A DNA stretch of 64,000 nt from the IMG/VR virus record IMGVR_UViG_3300021379_000005, positions 32,001 through 96,000 of that record. One strand, 5' to 3'. The notes beneath the pieces were generated by a model, which ran no database searches, had not been told where the DNA came from, and saw only the letters and a program-made list of their open reading frames with translations. The position numbers and the translations under genes are program-made. Position 1 is the stretch's first letter. Every line of letters starts with the position of its first letter. Source of the DNA: a virus. Lineage: Duplodnaviria; Caudoviricetes. This document shows positions 1 to 9,800 of the stretch, in pieces.

Positions 1-1798
1 CATAAGATTCAAAGGATACAAATCCAGTATAACCTCTAAAATTTTGAGTAGAAACTATTTTATTATCGACAATATCATATACATATGCAGTTTCCAATTC
101 ATCTTGTGGATCAAATGGATACACCGCATCATCACCCAAATGAGAAAATCTATACCAAGAATTAAATATTTGATCTGCTCGCAAACCATCAGTAAATGGG
201 TTATCAAATAATCTAGGAATTCTTTCAATCTCAAACCAAACAATACCATCGTAGGATGGAAAATTGAGAGAAAGTAAATCAATACTTAAATGTACCCATT
301 CTTTATCTACTTGGCCACTTAAATCAAAATCAATTTCATCAATTAAAGAAGATGTATTTTTAGAATAAAAATTAGTTAAGTCTTCCAATACATCTTCGTG
401 TTTTTCTTTTGAGTGATAAACAGATACTCTTAAATGTTCATTAAATAAACTAAAATCTATATCTTTAACACTTACTGAAAAATGAAATACATCTTCAAGG
501 GTATTCATTCTCTGCGAAGGATGTCTTGGATGCCAGTATTTAAATGGGACGGTTGCAGTTTTTCTATTATAACCATCTAATACAACATATACCCCATCCT
601 GTTGTTCATCTAAGGTAGAACTAATTTGTGGAATATATCTTTTGTTTACATTATATTTGTTTTTAAATGCACCTTGATTAAACTCATCGTAAGTTGATGT
701 ATATGTTGTTGCTGTAACATTACCAAATAACAACTCAGAGTTTATCGTAGTGTATAATTTTGCATTCGTGTCTTCGGCATATTGTTCGTCTATTCTTTCG
801 CCATTTTTTATACCAATATATAAATATGCACTTCTATAATCCCATGCAGAATTTGCAAAATTTGTAATAAAATTATTACTTAATTCGCCTGTCCACAAAG
901 TTTTATTCGCACTAGGTTCATCAAAAGTGTTTATGATAATCATATCACCATCAGAAAAAGTAGAAATAAAATTTCTTAGATTTATTGCATTGAAATATCC
1001 TACAGTTCTAACTTCTCTAAAAGTAACTGTAAAATTTTCTGGTGGTAAATTTTGTAATGTGGCTCTGGTGGAAATTGTTGGAGACTCAACTGATCCTGCG
1101 ATAAATCCCATAGAATCTAATGCAGCAAAAGTATCAGAGTCATTTATATCGTATGTCCCTACAAGTTCATATACCTCACCAACAACTGCGTCTTGTCCTG
1201 TCACCAAAAATGTACTAAGAGACTCTGTAATATCAAAAGTGTCATATTGAATACTATCAACAAATGTCCAAAAACTACCATTCTTGGTTAATTTTGTAAC
1301 TCTAACTCCTCGACTTGTATGATAGAGTTTTTTATCAATTTGTTTTGTGATTGGATTGTAATAATCAATCCTTTGAGATCGATATTCACTGGAATTTGCG
1401 GTGACATTGGCAGCGTCCAATCCAATACTTTCTACTTCAATATAAAAGTTTGGATTATATTCCCCAATACCACCTCTATGAACACTTGTTTGAACTAAGT
1501 TGTCATAATATCTTTGTGCTAAATTTATTCCATTTGTATAGAAATAGTTTGCATAACCAATCTCATCGAGTTCTAGTCCATAGTTCCATACTAAATCAGA
1601 ACGTCTAACCTCATATGTTTGTCCTTGATAAGTTTTTATTCTTTCTAGATCAATCGCATTATTTCTAGGATCAATATCTGGAGTAAAGTAATTTACATAT
1701 TCGACTTGTGGCGGATCAATAGTTTCAACTATAATATTTGAAACTAGTTTAGTTGCAACCTGTATCTTTTGTCCATTAGCGGTTTGAAACTGTGGCAT
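1..1798 (-). CDS. Partial (runs off window) virion/tail-fibre-associated protein with GG/ILEI-like domain
   Basis: Not in the ORF track because it has no stop inside the window. Manual translation from ATG at 1798 (MPQFQTANGQKIQVATKLVSN...) stays open to the window edge. Contains SRGVRV...YDTFD and DGDMIIINTFDEPS...YRSAYLYIGIKNG (GG/ILEI-like) and a WYRFSH module shared with gp7. Confidence 0.8.
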   Translation of the reverse strand, partial: MPQFQTANGQKIQVATKLVSNIIVETIDPPQVEYVNYFTPDIDPRNNAIDLERIKTYQGQTYEVRRSDLVWNYGLELDEIGYANYFYTNGINLAQRYYDNLVQTSVHRGGIGEYNPNFYIEVESIGLDAANVTANSSEYRSQRIDYYNPITKQIDKKLYHTSRGVRVTKLTKNGSFWTFVDSIQYDTFDITESLSTFLVTGQDAVVGEVYELVGTYDINDSDTFAALDSMGFIAGSVESPTISTRATLQNLPPENFTVTFREVRTVGYFNAINLRNFISTFSDGDMIIINTFDEPSANKTLWTGELSNNFITNFANSAWDYRSAYLYIGIKNGERIDEQYAEDTNAKLYTTINSELLFGNVTATTYTSTYDEFNQGAFKNKYNVNKRYIPQISSTLDEQQDGVYVVLDGYNRKTATVPFKYWHPRHPSQRMNTLEDVFHFSVSVKDIDFSLFNEHLRVSVYHSKEKHEDVLEDLTNFYSKNTSSLIDEIDFDLSGQVDKEWVHLSIDLLSLNFPSYDGIVWFEIERIPRLFDNPFTDGLRADQIFNSWYRFSHLGDDAVYPFDPQDELETAYVYDIVDNKIVSTQNFRGYTGFVSFESY

Positions 1799-1811
1799 TC
1801 TTAACTATCCA

Positions 1812-4800
1812 TCAACTAAAAAATCTGTTGCCCAATTCTCTATCAACAAATGGGCCAATATATTTATTTGCTGATAAGACAGGCGTTAAGACATATAATT
1901 TTATCTCACCATCTCTCATTACGATTGTACCAAGTTCCCTTGTTCCATCATCCTGACTGGGTGGATTGCTTGGTGCGTCTTCATCAATTTCTTCATCGTT
2001 TGTGGGCGGAACTGGTGGATCATCGTCAGGCTCTTCACTTGGAATGACTGGTGGTTGTGAATCATCGTCAGGCTCTTCACTTGGAATTACTGGCGGTTGT
2101 GAATCATCATCAGTTTCTTCATCTTGAATAACTGGTGGTTGACCATCATCATCAGTTTCTTCGTCTGGAATAACTGGAGGCTCAGAAACATCTGGAGTAT
2201 CATCTTCGTCACTGACAGGCGGTTGTGAAACGTCTTCTGTATCATCAGTATCTGTTACTGGTGGTTGTGAAACGTCTTCTGTATCATCAGTATCTGTTAC
2301 TGGTGGTTCCGAAACATCTTCTGCAACGTCTTCATCAGTAACAGGTGGGTCAGAAACGTCTTCCGTATCATCAGTGTCTGTTATGGATGGCTCAGAAACA
2401 TCTTCAGTAGTATCTTCATCATCTACCGCCGGTGTTGTATCATCCTCTTGTGTATCATCTAATGTTTCATCGGCACCATCTTGGTCAGTTTGTCCTTCTC
2501 CATCGGAAACTCTTACTGATGGGTCTGTTTCAAAATCATCTTCTTCGCCAGGCGGCACCCCAGGCTGGTCTTCTGGGACTTCATCATCCGAACCAGTAGG
2601 AACTTCTTCGTTATCTGTATCATTTCCATCTGTAACTGGTGGAGTTGTGTCATCCTCTCCATCCTCATCAGTAGAGGGAACTGAATCGGTATCATCAACA
2701 CCGTCTTCATCAGTAGAGGGAACTGAATCGGTATCATCAACACCGTCTTCATCAGTAGAGGGAACTGAATCGGTATCATCTACAGTGTCATCCCCAGATG
2801 ATTCTGTTGTGTCCGTATCGTCACCAACGGTTTCATCATCTGATGTAGATGTATCTGTTGCATCATCTACTACATCCTGTTCTCCGCCAACTCCAGCATC
2901 AGTATCTTCTACAGCATCATCTTCACTTGTCGAGTCTCCAGATTCATCTGTAGTTACATCTGTACCATCTTCGGTAGTATCCGTTTCGTCACTAACCGTA
3001 TCATCTTCACTTGTCGAGTCTCCAGATTCATCTGTAGTTACATCTGTACCATCTTCGGTAGTATCCGTTTCGTCACTAACCGTATCATCTTCGCCTTTAG
3101 TGTCACTTGGTTGATCTGTAGTTACATCTGTACCATCTTCGGTGGTATCCGTTTGATCGTCAACCGTATCATCTTCTGAGGTTGGTTGTCCAGACTCATC
3201 TGTGGTTTCATCTGCGCCGTCTTCGGTGGTATCAGTTTCGTCCTCTGTTTCATCTACAGACGGTTCTACTGAAGTAGTATCATCTTCTGTTTCATCTACA
3301 GATGGTTCTACTGAAGTAGTATCATCTTCTGTTTCATCTATAGATGGTTCTACTGAAGTAGTATCATCTTCTGTTGCATCTGTTTCTGTTTCTACTGAAG
3401 TGGTATCATCTGTAGTTTCATCTATATCTGATACGGGCGGTTGGTTTTCATCATCACGATCATCGACATCAACCTCTATACCATCATTTTCATCATTCGG
3501 TTCTTCCGAATCAATGACTGGTTCATTTAGCTCATCAGTAGTTTGATTATCATCGGTAACAGAAGTTGTTGAGTCATCTTCAGATGCAGTATCATCGGTA
3601 ACAGAAGTTGTTGGGTCATCTTCTACATCGGTGTCATCAGTAACAGAAGTTGTTGAGTCATCATCTGAAGTTTCAGTATCTACTACCGTTGTTGTTCCAT
3701 CATCTTCTGTCTCGGCATCATCAGTAACAGAAGTTGTTGAGTCATCTTCAGATGCAGTATCATCGGTAACAGAAAGGGTAGAATCATCATCAGAGGTTTC
3801 ATCTGCACTAGAAGTTGCATCACTATCATCATCCAAACCATCATCACCAACATTAGTGGTTTCTTGTTGATCTGCTGATGTATCAGAATCAGATTCAGTA
3901 TCACCAGATTCATCTACTGATGTATCTGTGTCCGTAATAGTTTCTATTTGTTGATCTGCTGATGTATCAGAATCAGATTCAGTATCACCAGATTCATCAA
4001 CCGGCGTGTCTGATTCCGTTTCTGTTACAGTTTGTTCATCTGTAACATCACTTGCATCATCTGAAACTGGTTGTACTTCATCTTCAACCTCAGAGTCTGG
4101 TGTCTCAGTCGTAATTGGGTCTTCTTCTGGTACTTCACTAGGGGTTGTAGTTTCGTCTGACGCATCTTCTGGTGTTTCGGTATCAGTAACACCTTCAAGT
4201 TCAGAATCAGAAACCACATTTCCATCAGATACAGTCTCTGAAGATTCGTCTTCCTCATCTAAAGAGGGCGAAAGTGTAGCATCCGTATCATCATCAACGC
4301 CAGCATCTGAAGACTCTGTGGTGTCTGTGGCATCGTCTATTGTTGCATCTGGAGACTCAGTAGTGTCTGTGGCATCGTCTACAGTTGCATCTGGAGACTC
4401 AGTAGTGTCTGTGGCATCGTCTATTGTTGCATCTGGAGACTCAGTAGTGTCTGTGGCATCATCTACAGTTGCGTCTGGCGACTCAGTAGTGTCTGTGGCA
4501 TCGTCTACAGTTGCATCATCTACTGAAGTTTCTGTGACCTCATCATCGACACTTGTATCAGAAGTTGTTGAATCTGCACTATCTTCTTCGACAACTTCTC
4601 CATCACTTCCAACTGAAATTTGTTCGTCTGAAGTGGTGTCCTGCGAATCTGCTGTTTCACTGGCAGCATCCAACTTTTCTTCCAGTTGCTGTTCTTCTGG
4701 AGACTCTTCTGTTCTTTCTTGTTCAACACCTTCTGTTGTTTCTACTGTGGTATCAATATCTGCAGTAACTTCTTCTACTACATCTTGTTCTTCTGAACTA

Positions 4801-6803
4801 TCTAATGTAGAAGTTTCTATTACATCAACGGTTTCATCTTTTGCCTGATCTAGTGTTGATAGCGTTTCAATTGTTTCATCAGTTTCTGGTAAAATAAATG
4901 TTTCAGTTAAAGTTTCTTCCAAAAATTCTTGTATTACTGTTGAAAGACTTTCTCTGACCAATTCTTGGGTTATATTTTCTAATTGAATATTTTCTAAATC
5001 TAATAAAATATCTGGAGTTAAAAGACTTTGAATATCTTCTAAGTTTTGAATTTCTGCAGTTTTTAATTCTTCGGAATCACTTAATTCCGATAATACTTGA
5101 ATTAGAAAATCTGGAGTTATTTCTTCGGAAAAAGATTCTAATTGATTTGTTAAAATATTTTCTAGGTCAGAAAAGAGGTCTGATAGTTTTAATTCTTCGT
5201 TATCTGTTAATTCTTCTCTAACCTGTTCTAAAAGAGCCTGTTGAATAGTATCTGAAAATGTATCTGGTGTAGATGTTTCTGGAGAATCAGTAACGGTAAG
5301 TAATTCTTGTTCAGAAGTTTCTACAACCTCATCTTCCGCAAATGTGTCTGGTGTAGATGTTTCTACAACTTCATCTTCTGTAAATGTATCTGATGTGAAT
5401 GTTTCTGGAGAGTCTGTTACTGCCAACAACTCTTGTTCAGAAGTTTCTACAACCTCATCTTCTGCAAATGTATCTGGTGTAGATGTTTCTGGAGAATCAG
5501 TAACGGCAAGTAGTTCTTGTTCAGAAGTTTCAACCACATCTCCATCTACAAATGTTTGTTGTTCAGAAGTTTCTACAACCTCATCTTCTACAAATGTTTG
5601 TTGTTCAGAAGTTTCTACAACCTCATCTTCTACAAATGTTTCTTGTTCTGAAGTTTCTGGAGAATCAGTAACGGCAAGTAGTTCTTGGTCTGAAGTTTCT
5701 ACAACCTCATCTTCCGCAAATGTATCTGGTGTAGATGTTTCTGGAGAATCAGTAACAGCAAGTAGTTCTTGTTCAGAAATCTCTAAAACTTCATCTTCTA
5801 CAAATGTTTCTTGTTCTGAAGTTTCTGGAGAATCAGTAACGGCAAGTAGTTCTTGGTCTGAAGTTTCAACCACATCTCCATCTACAAATGTTTCTTGTTC
5901 TGAAGTTTCTGGAGAATCAGTAACGGCAAGTAGTTCTTGTTCAGAAGTCTCTAAAACCTCATCTTCTACAAATGTTTCTTGTATAGAAGTCTCTAAAGTT
6001 TCTTGAACCAATTCTTGCGTATAATCTTGAGATTCTTGTGTTTCTAAAACGCTATCAATCTCCGCATCCTTTGCGGTAATAACCTCTGTAATCTCCGCAC
6101 GCTCTTGGACTGTTGTTTCTACAATCTCAGTTTCAGAAGTTAAAATTGTATCTCTAAATTCTTCGAATTCTTGGGCAAGTAGAACCTCTAAATCGCCAAG
6201 GGCCTCTTGATATACTTCAGAAAAATTTTCTTGAATGAGTGTAGATAGTTGTTCTTTTACACTTTCAAAATCTACATCTCCAACATTTAATTGGTTTATG
6301 ATACTTTGGAATACAGTCGTATCAGAATCGGTTAATGTGGGAGATGTCGTATCAATCTTTTCAAGATCGTCATTAGTCGATGAAGTTGATCTATCTGTAT
6401 CAAAGTTTGCAACCTCTGGATCATTCAATTCAACAATATAATCTATTGTTGTACCATCTGCAATAATACTATATGTATTGGATTGATTTAGAGTTGGATT
6501 TTCTAATGATAATTGTAATACATCATTATTAGATATTGTTGTGCTTGTGCCTTGACTAGTGCCATTAACAAGAATCTCTCCAGCAGAAAATGACAATGTT
6601 ATAGAAGATGTAAGTCCAGAAACAAATACTATATTTGATAATACAGTAATATCCCAAGAAGTTGTTGTTGCATTATAAGTGTATGTAAGTCCATTTTGTT
6701 CAACAACTTGGCCATCAGATGGGGTATTGATTCCAACTGGAGAATCAATTCCAACCTTGACTTTTATTACATCGTTAAATAAAAATATATTTTCTACAGA
6801 CAT
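1812..6803 (-). CDS. Giant acidic D/E/T/S-rich repeat protein (1663 aa), probable virion-associated protein
   Basis: Long ORF in the late region; short globular N- and C-termini flank about 1400 aa of low-complexity acidic 14/28-aa repeats with very few K/R. Confidence 0.85.
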   Translation of the reverse strand: MSVENIFLFNDVIKVKVGIDSPVGINTPSDGQVVEQNGLTYTYNATTTSWDITVLSNIVFVSGLTSSITLSFSAGEILVNGTSQGTSTTISNNDVLQLSLENPTLNQSNTYSIIADGTTIDYIVELNDPEVANFDTDRSTSSTNDDLEKIDTTSPTLTDSDTTVFQSIINQLNVGDVDFESVKEQLSTLIQENFSEVYQEALGDLEVLLAQEFEEFRDTILTSETEIVETTVQERAEITEVITAKDAEIDSVLETQESQDYTQELVQETLETSIQETFVEDEVLETSEQELLAVTDSPETSEQETFVDGDVVETSDQELLAVTDSPETSEQETFVEDEVLEISEQELLAVTDSPETSTPDTFAEDEVVETSDQELLAVTDSPETSEQETFVEDEVVETSEQQTFVEDEVVETSEQQTFVDGDVVETSEQELLAVTDSPETSTPDTFAEDEVVETSEQELLAVTDSPETFTSDTFTEDEVVETSTPDTFAEDEVVETSEQELLTVTDSPETSTPDTFSDTIQQALLEQVREELTDNEELKLSDLFSDLENILTNQLESFSEEITPDFLIQVLSELSDSEELKTAEIQNLEDIQSLLTPDILLDLENIQLENITQELVRESLSTVIQEFLEETLTETFILPETDETIETLSTLDQAKDETVDVIETSTLDSSEEQDVVEEVTADIDTTVETTEGVEQERTEESPEEQQLEEKLDAASETADSQDTTSDEQISVGSDGEVVEEDSADSTTSDTSVDDEVTETSVDDATVDDATDTTESPDATVDDATDTTESPDATIDDATDTTESPDATVDDATDTTESPDATIDDATDTTESSDAGVDDDTDATLSPSLDEEDESSETVSDGNVVSDSELEGVTDTETPEDASDETTTPSEVPEEDPITTETPDSEVEDEVQPVSDDASDVTDEQTVTETESDTPVDESGDTESDSDTSADQQIETITDTDTSVDESGDTESDSDTSADQQETTNVGDDGLDDDSDATSSADETSDDDSTLSVTDDTASEDDSTTSVTDDAETEDDGTTTVVDTETSDDDSTTSVTDDTDVEDDPTTSVTDDTASEDDSTTSVTDDNQTTDELNEPVIDSEEPNDENDGIEVDVDDRDDENQPPVSDIDETTDDTTSVETETDATEDDTTSVEPSIDETEDDTTSVEPSVDETEDDTTSVEPSVDETEDETDTTEDGADETTDESGQPTSEDDTVDDQTDTTEDGTDVTTDQPSDTKGEDDTVSDETDTTEDGTDVTTDESGDSTSEDDTVSDETDTTEDGTDVTTDESGDSTSEDDAVEDTDAGVGGEQDVVDDATDTSTSDDETVGDDTDTTESSGDDTVDDTDSVPSTDEDGVDDTDSVPSTDEDGVDDTDSVPSTDEDGEDDTTPPVTDGNDTDNEEVPTGSDDEVPEDQPGVPPGEEDDFETDPSVRVSDGEGQTDQDGADETLDDTQEDDTTPAVDDEDTTEDVSEPSITDTDDTEDVSDPPVTDEDVAEDVSEPPVTDTDDTEDVSQPPVTDTDDTEDVSQPPVSDEDDTPDVSEPPVIPDEETDDDGQPPVIQDEETDDDSQPPVIPSEEPDDDSQPPVIPSEEPDDDPPVPPTNDEEIDEDAPSNPPSQDDGTRELGTIVMRDGEIKLYVLTPVLSANKYIGPFVDRELGNRFFS
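2010..6000 (-). repeat. Arrays of 42-bp/84-bp in-frame tandem repeats within the acidic protein gene
   Basis: Units such as PPVIPSEEPDDDSQ, DTDSVPSTDEDGVD, EDDTTSVEPSVDET and DATDTTESPDATVD (14 aa) and EDEVVETSEQELLAVTDSPETSEQETFV (28 aa); near-identical copies are visible at DNA level. Confidence 0.9.
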
Positions 6804-6816
6804 TTTTCTTTGGTAT

Positions 6817-6845
6817 AAAAAAAGGGGAGACTTTATGTCTCCCCT
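6817..6845 (-). terminator. Rho-independent terminator
   Basis: Minus strand AGGGGAGAC-ATAAA-GTCTCCCCT followed by a T-run, just after the 1569-aa gene. Confidence 0.85.
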
Positions 6846-6877
6846 ATATTTATGATAATTTTATCAATCTTTAGAAA

Positions 6878-9800
6878 TTATGAACCAAAGTTTACATAAT
6901 TCCCTTTCCAAGAAGAACCAACATTCTTAGTGAATGTGACTGCTCCTGCAGCAAGCGTTCCTACAGTAGAACCACTACTTCTGACAGTAATGGAACCGGC
7001 ACTAGAAGAAACTTCAGTCACTGTGAGTGTAATCGTATCACCTTCTACTGTAGTTACTGATGCAGTAGCACCTACTAAAATCTCAGAAGAGATACTAGTG
7101 ACAGTCACACCAGAAATTGTGGTTGTACCGACATTAATTGATGTATCATCGGCAGTAACTAAATCACCTGAGCGTTCACCATCATCGAATGTATAGTCTA
7201 CTCCTCCAAGAGTTTCAATAGCACCGTTAACAGCACCTGTTGGGAAGTTATCAGAAATTCCCCTTACATCTCTTGGTGTGTAGTCACTATATGATGGTCT
7301 GATTGGGCCACCTCTTGTTAAGAGGAAGATTCTCATACCGTTACCAAATGGTTTAGTAGACATCATACCCACATAAGTTCTATGTGTTGAGTTTTCTGTT
7401 GTGTCAAATGCATCAGTTGTTCCATCCGACTGTTTCACATTGTGCCAGAAATACTCTCTTCTGAAGTTGAGTGGATCAGCATTAGAAGATGTAGATGCAG
7501 TACCACCTTGTGGACTTAATGTACTAACATGTTGTCCGTCAAGGTCATATTTAGTTGCAGATGTCTTAATAATACCACCTTGAGTAGAACTATCCGCACC
7601 AGCGATACAGATCAAGTCTGCTTCTGCGTCACTATAGATAAATCTTTGTGATGCAAGTGGTGTTGGGAAGTTAAAGATAACAGTTTTATCCTGTGTAATC
7701 GATAACTGTTCAACAGGGTTAATACATGCAGGACTGTCAACCTGTGGTGTAACAGCAGAGACATGATAATCCCATGGTTTGAACACATCGTTTTCACGAA
7801 CAATAAATCTGTAGATACCTTTTGCAACTTTGTGAATATCGTTCCAGATTGCAGGAATATCTCTGTCTTCTGGAAGTTTAATCAAGTAAGTTGATCTACC
7901 AGTATCTCTTTCTTCCACATCATTATAGTTTTCATATGAAATCTTAACAACTGTGGCAAACTCTAGAGGTTCGTTAAACTTAACTTTATCTGTTGTCAAT
8001 GAATATGCATACATTGGTTTTTGAACACCAAAGTATTCTGTAGAACCACCAGTCGTACCAAATTCAATATTACCATTCGCATCGAATTGATAATTTTGTC
8101 CTTGAACCGCAGCATCTGCCTCTTGTCCATCAACAAATACTTTAAGTCTGTTAACTTCAAAGAGTGGGTTAGATGCAGTACCGTATCTACCAAAGAAGTT
8201 GGTATACTCGTTATTAAATCCAGCACCTTCCCATGCATACTCGTAGATGAATTGGTCATCTTCTGGCATAGTATCGATTACAGAAAGAACTCTAAATCCA
8301 AATCCTGCAGTTTGTGCAGTTGCGGTTGTAAGTTCATCTCCAACCTTTACATCACCAGTAGAACCAGTTCCATCTAGTACAATAAAGTCTTGTCCAATAC
8401 CACCAGTTGCACCAGTTTGGATTGCAGTACCAGCAGCATCAAGTGCAAGTTTGTGTCCAACGGCATTTCCACCAAATGATGAACCACTAACAGGAACTAG
8501 TGTTAAGTCTGAAATACCACCTACTGCACCAGCAAACTGTCCTGCAGTTCCAAGAAGAGGATTCGCACCTGTACCAGTTGTTGCACCAATATCTAGGTTA
8601 TCAATGAAAAGAACTCTACGTCTTCTCTTTGCAACAAGTTGTTTTGCAGCAACAGATGTTGGTGTAAAGATTGCAACTGTTGAACTGATTGGAAGTTCTC
8701 TTGCTTGTCCGTTTGCATCAGTCGCAGGCGCAACTTCAGTTTTACTTACAAACTGGAAGTCATCATTGTAGTCCAAGAAAGTATCAACACCATCAGAACT
8801 TCTGTGACGAACTCTATATGTACGCAAACCTAACTGAGCAGGGCCCTGCATTTGTGTTCTTGCAACAGAGAAGTTTTTCAAACCTTCACCAGTTGCATCA
8901 TTAATTAATGTCCAAGAAGACGGAGCACCATTAGTATCTGCGATATCATATCTTGAACCTGCACCAGTACCATTTTCAAAACCAGTAATATAGTCACCTA
9001 CTGGAACAAATGAACTACCATATGCAGAACCAAAATTCAGTGCAAACGCATCTCTGTCTGCGGAAGTAATATTACTTTGGACAACTGCAAGTTCTGCAGT
9101 ACCCAATCCACGGTCGGTGGGGCCCGCCTGGAAGTTTGCGGCATTAATCTCTGGGAATTTATAGTAGTCGTTAACAACTGTAAATCCAGTTGCGGAATCT
9201 GTTCCTAACGCACCATGATCGGCAAGTGGAACGTTTGCAGTAGAAGAAGTGTTCAGATATGAAAGTCCTCTACCGTATGCTTCTGGGATAAATGCAACAG
9301 GTCTTGAGTCAGTAGGAATTGTTACATTCACTGGAAGTCCCGGCTTCAGTTTTCTACCGTTTACATCAAAGATTTCCAATTCATCCAATGACTTAGATGT
9401 GACTGTCGTTGCACCAGTAGTTGTATCCAACTCTTCACTAACCTCTGCAAAGAAACCGATATTAAAATCTGATGTTTCTTCTGGTCTAGAAGATGGAGAA
9501 TACAAGCAGTGAACTGGAGACTTACCATCTTCGAATTCAATTTTACCAGAAATGTTATTAACATGTCTTTGAACAACAAACCATGCATAATCGTCATCTT
9601 GGTCAACAGAGGCCTGATCGAATACAAAAAGTCCAGTACCGTGGTCAGTACAAGTCAAACGGAATGCGATTGGATATGTTGGTTCTGTATCATCTGTAGT
9701 CTTACCTTGTCTACGGAAGAATCCAGATTTTGCTTTGTTACTATCATTTGAGAAGTTATAGTAAATTTCACTAAGTTCTCCAGGCTGTCTGTAAACTGCC

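Noticed and set aside
55-1250. Track ORFs 55..282 (-) and 927..1250 (+)
   Set aside because: Both lie inside the longer partial minus-strand gene starting at 1798, in an alternate frame or antisense.
2010-6000. Repeat arrays as a possible CRISPR or VNTR locus
   Set aside because: Repeats are contiguous, in-frame multiples of 3 with no unique spacers, and lie within a CDS.
2374-6441. Long plus-strand Ser/Val-rich ORFs (246, 114, 280 and 220 aa and others)
   Set aside because: Antisense shadows of the D/E/T repeat gene; its codon bias removes stops on the opposite strand, and no RBS was seen.
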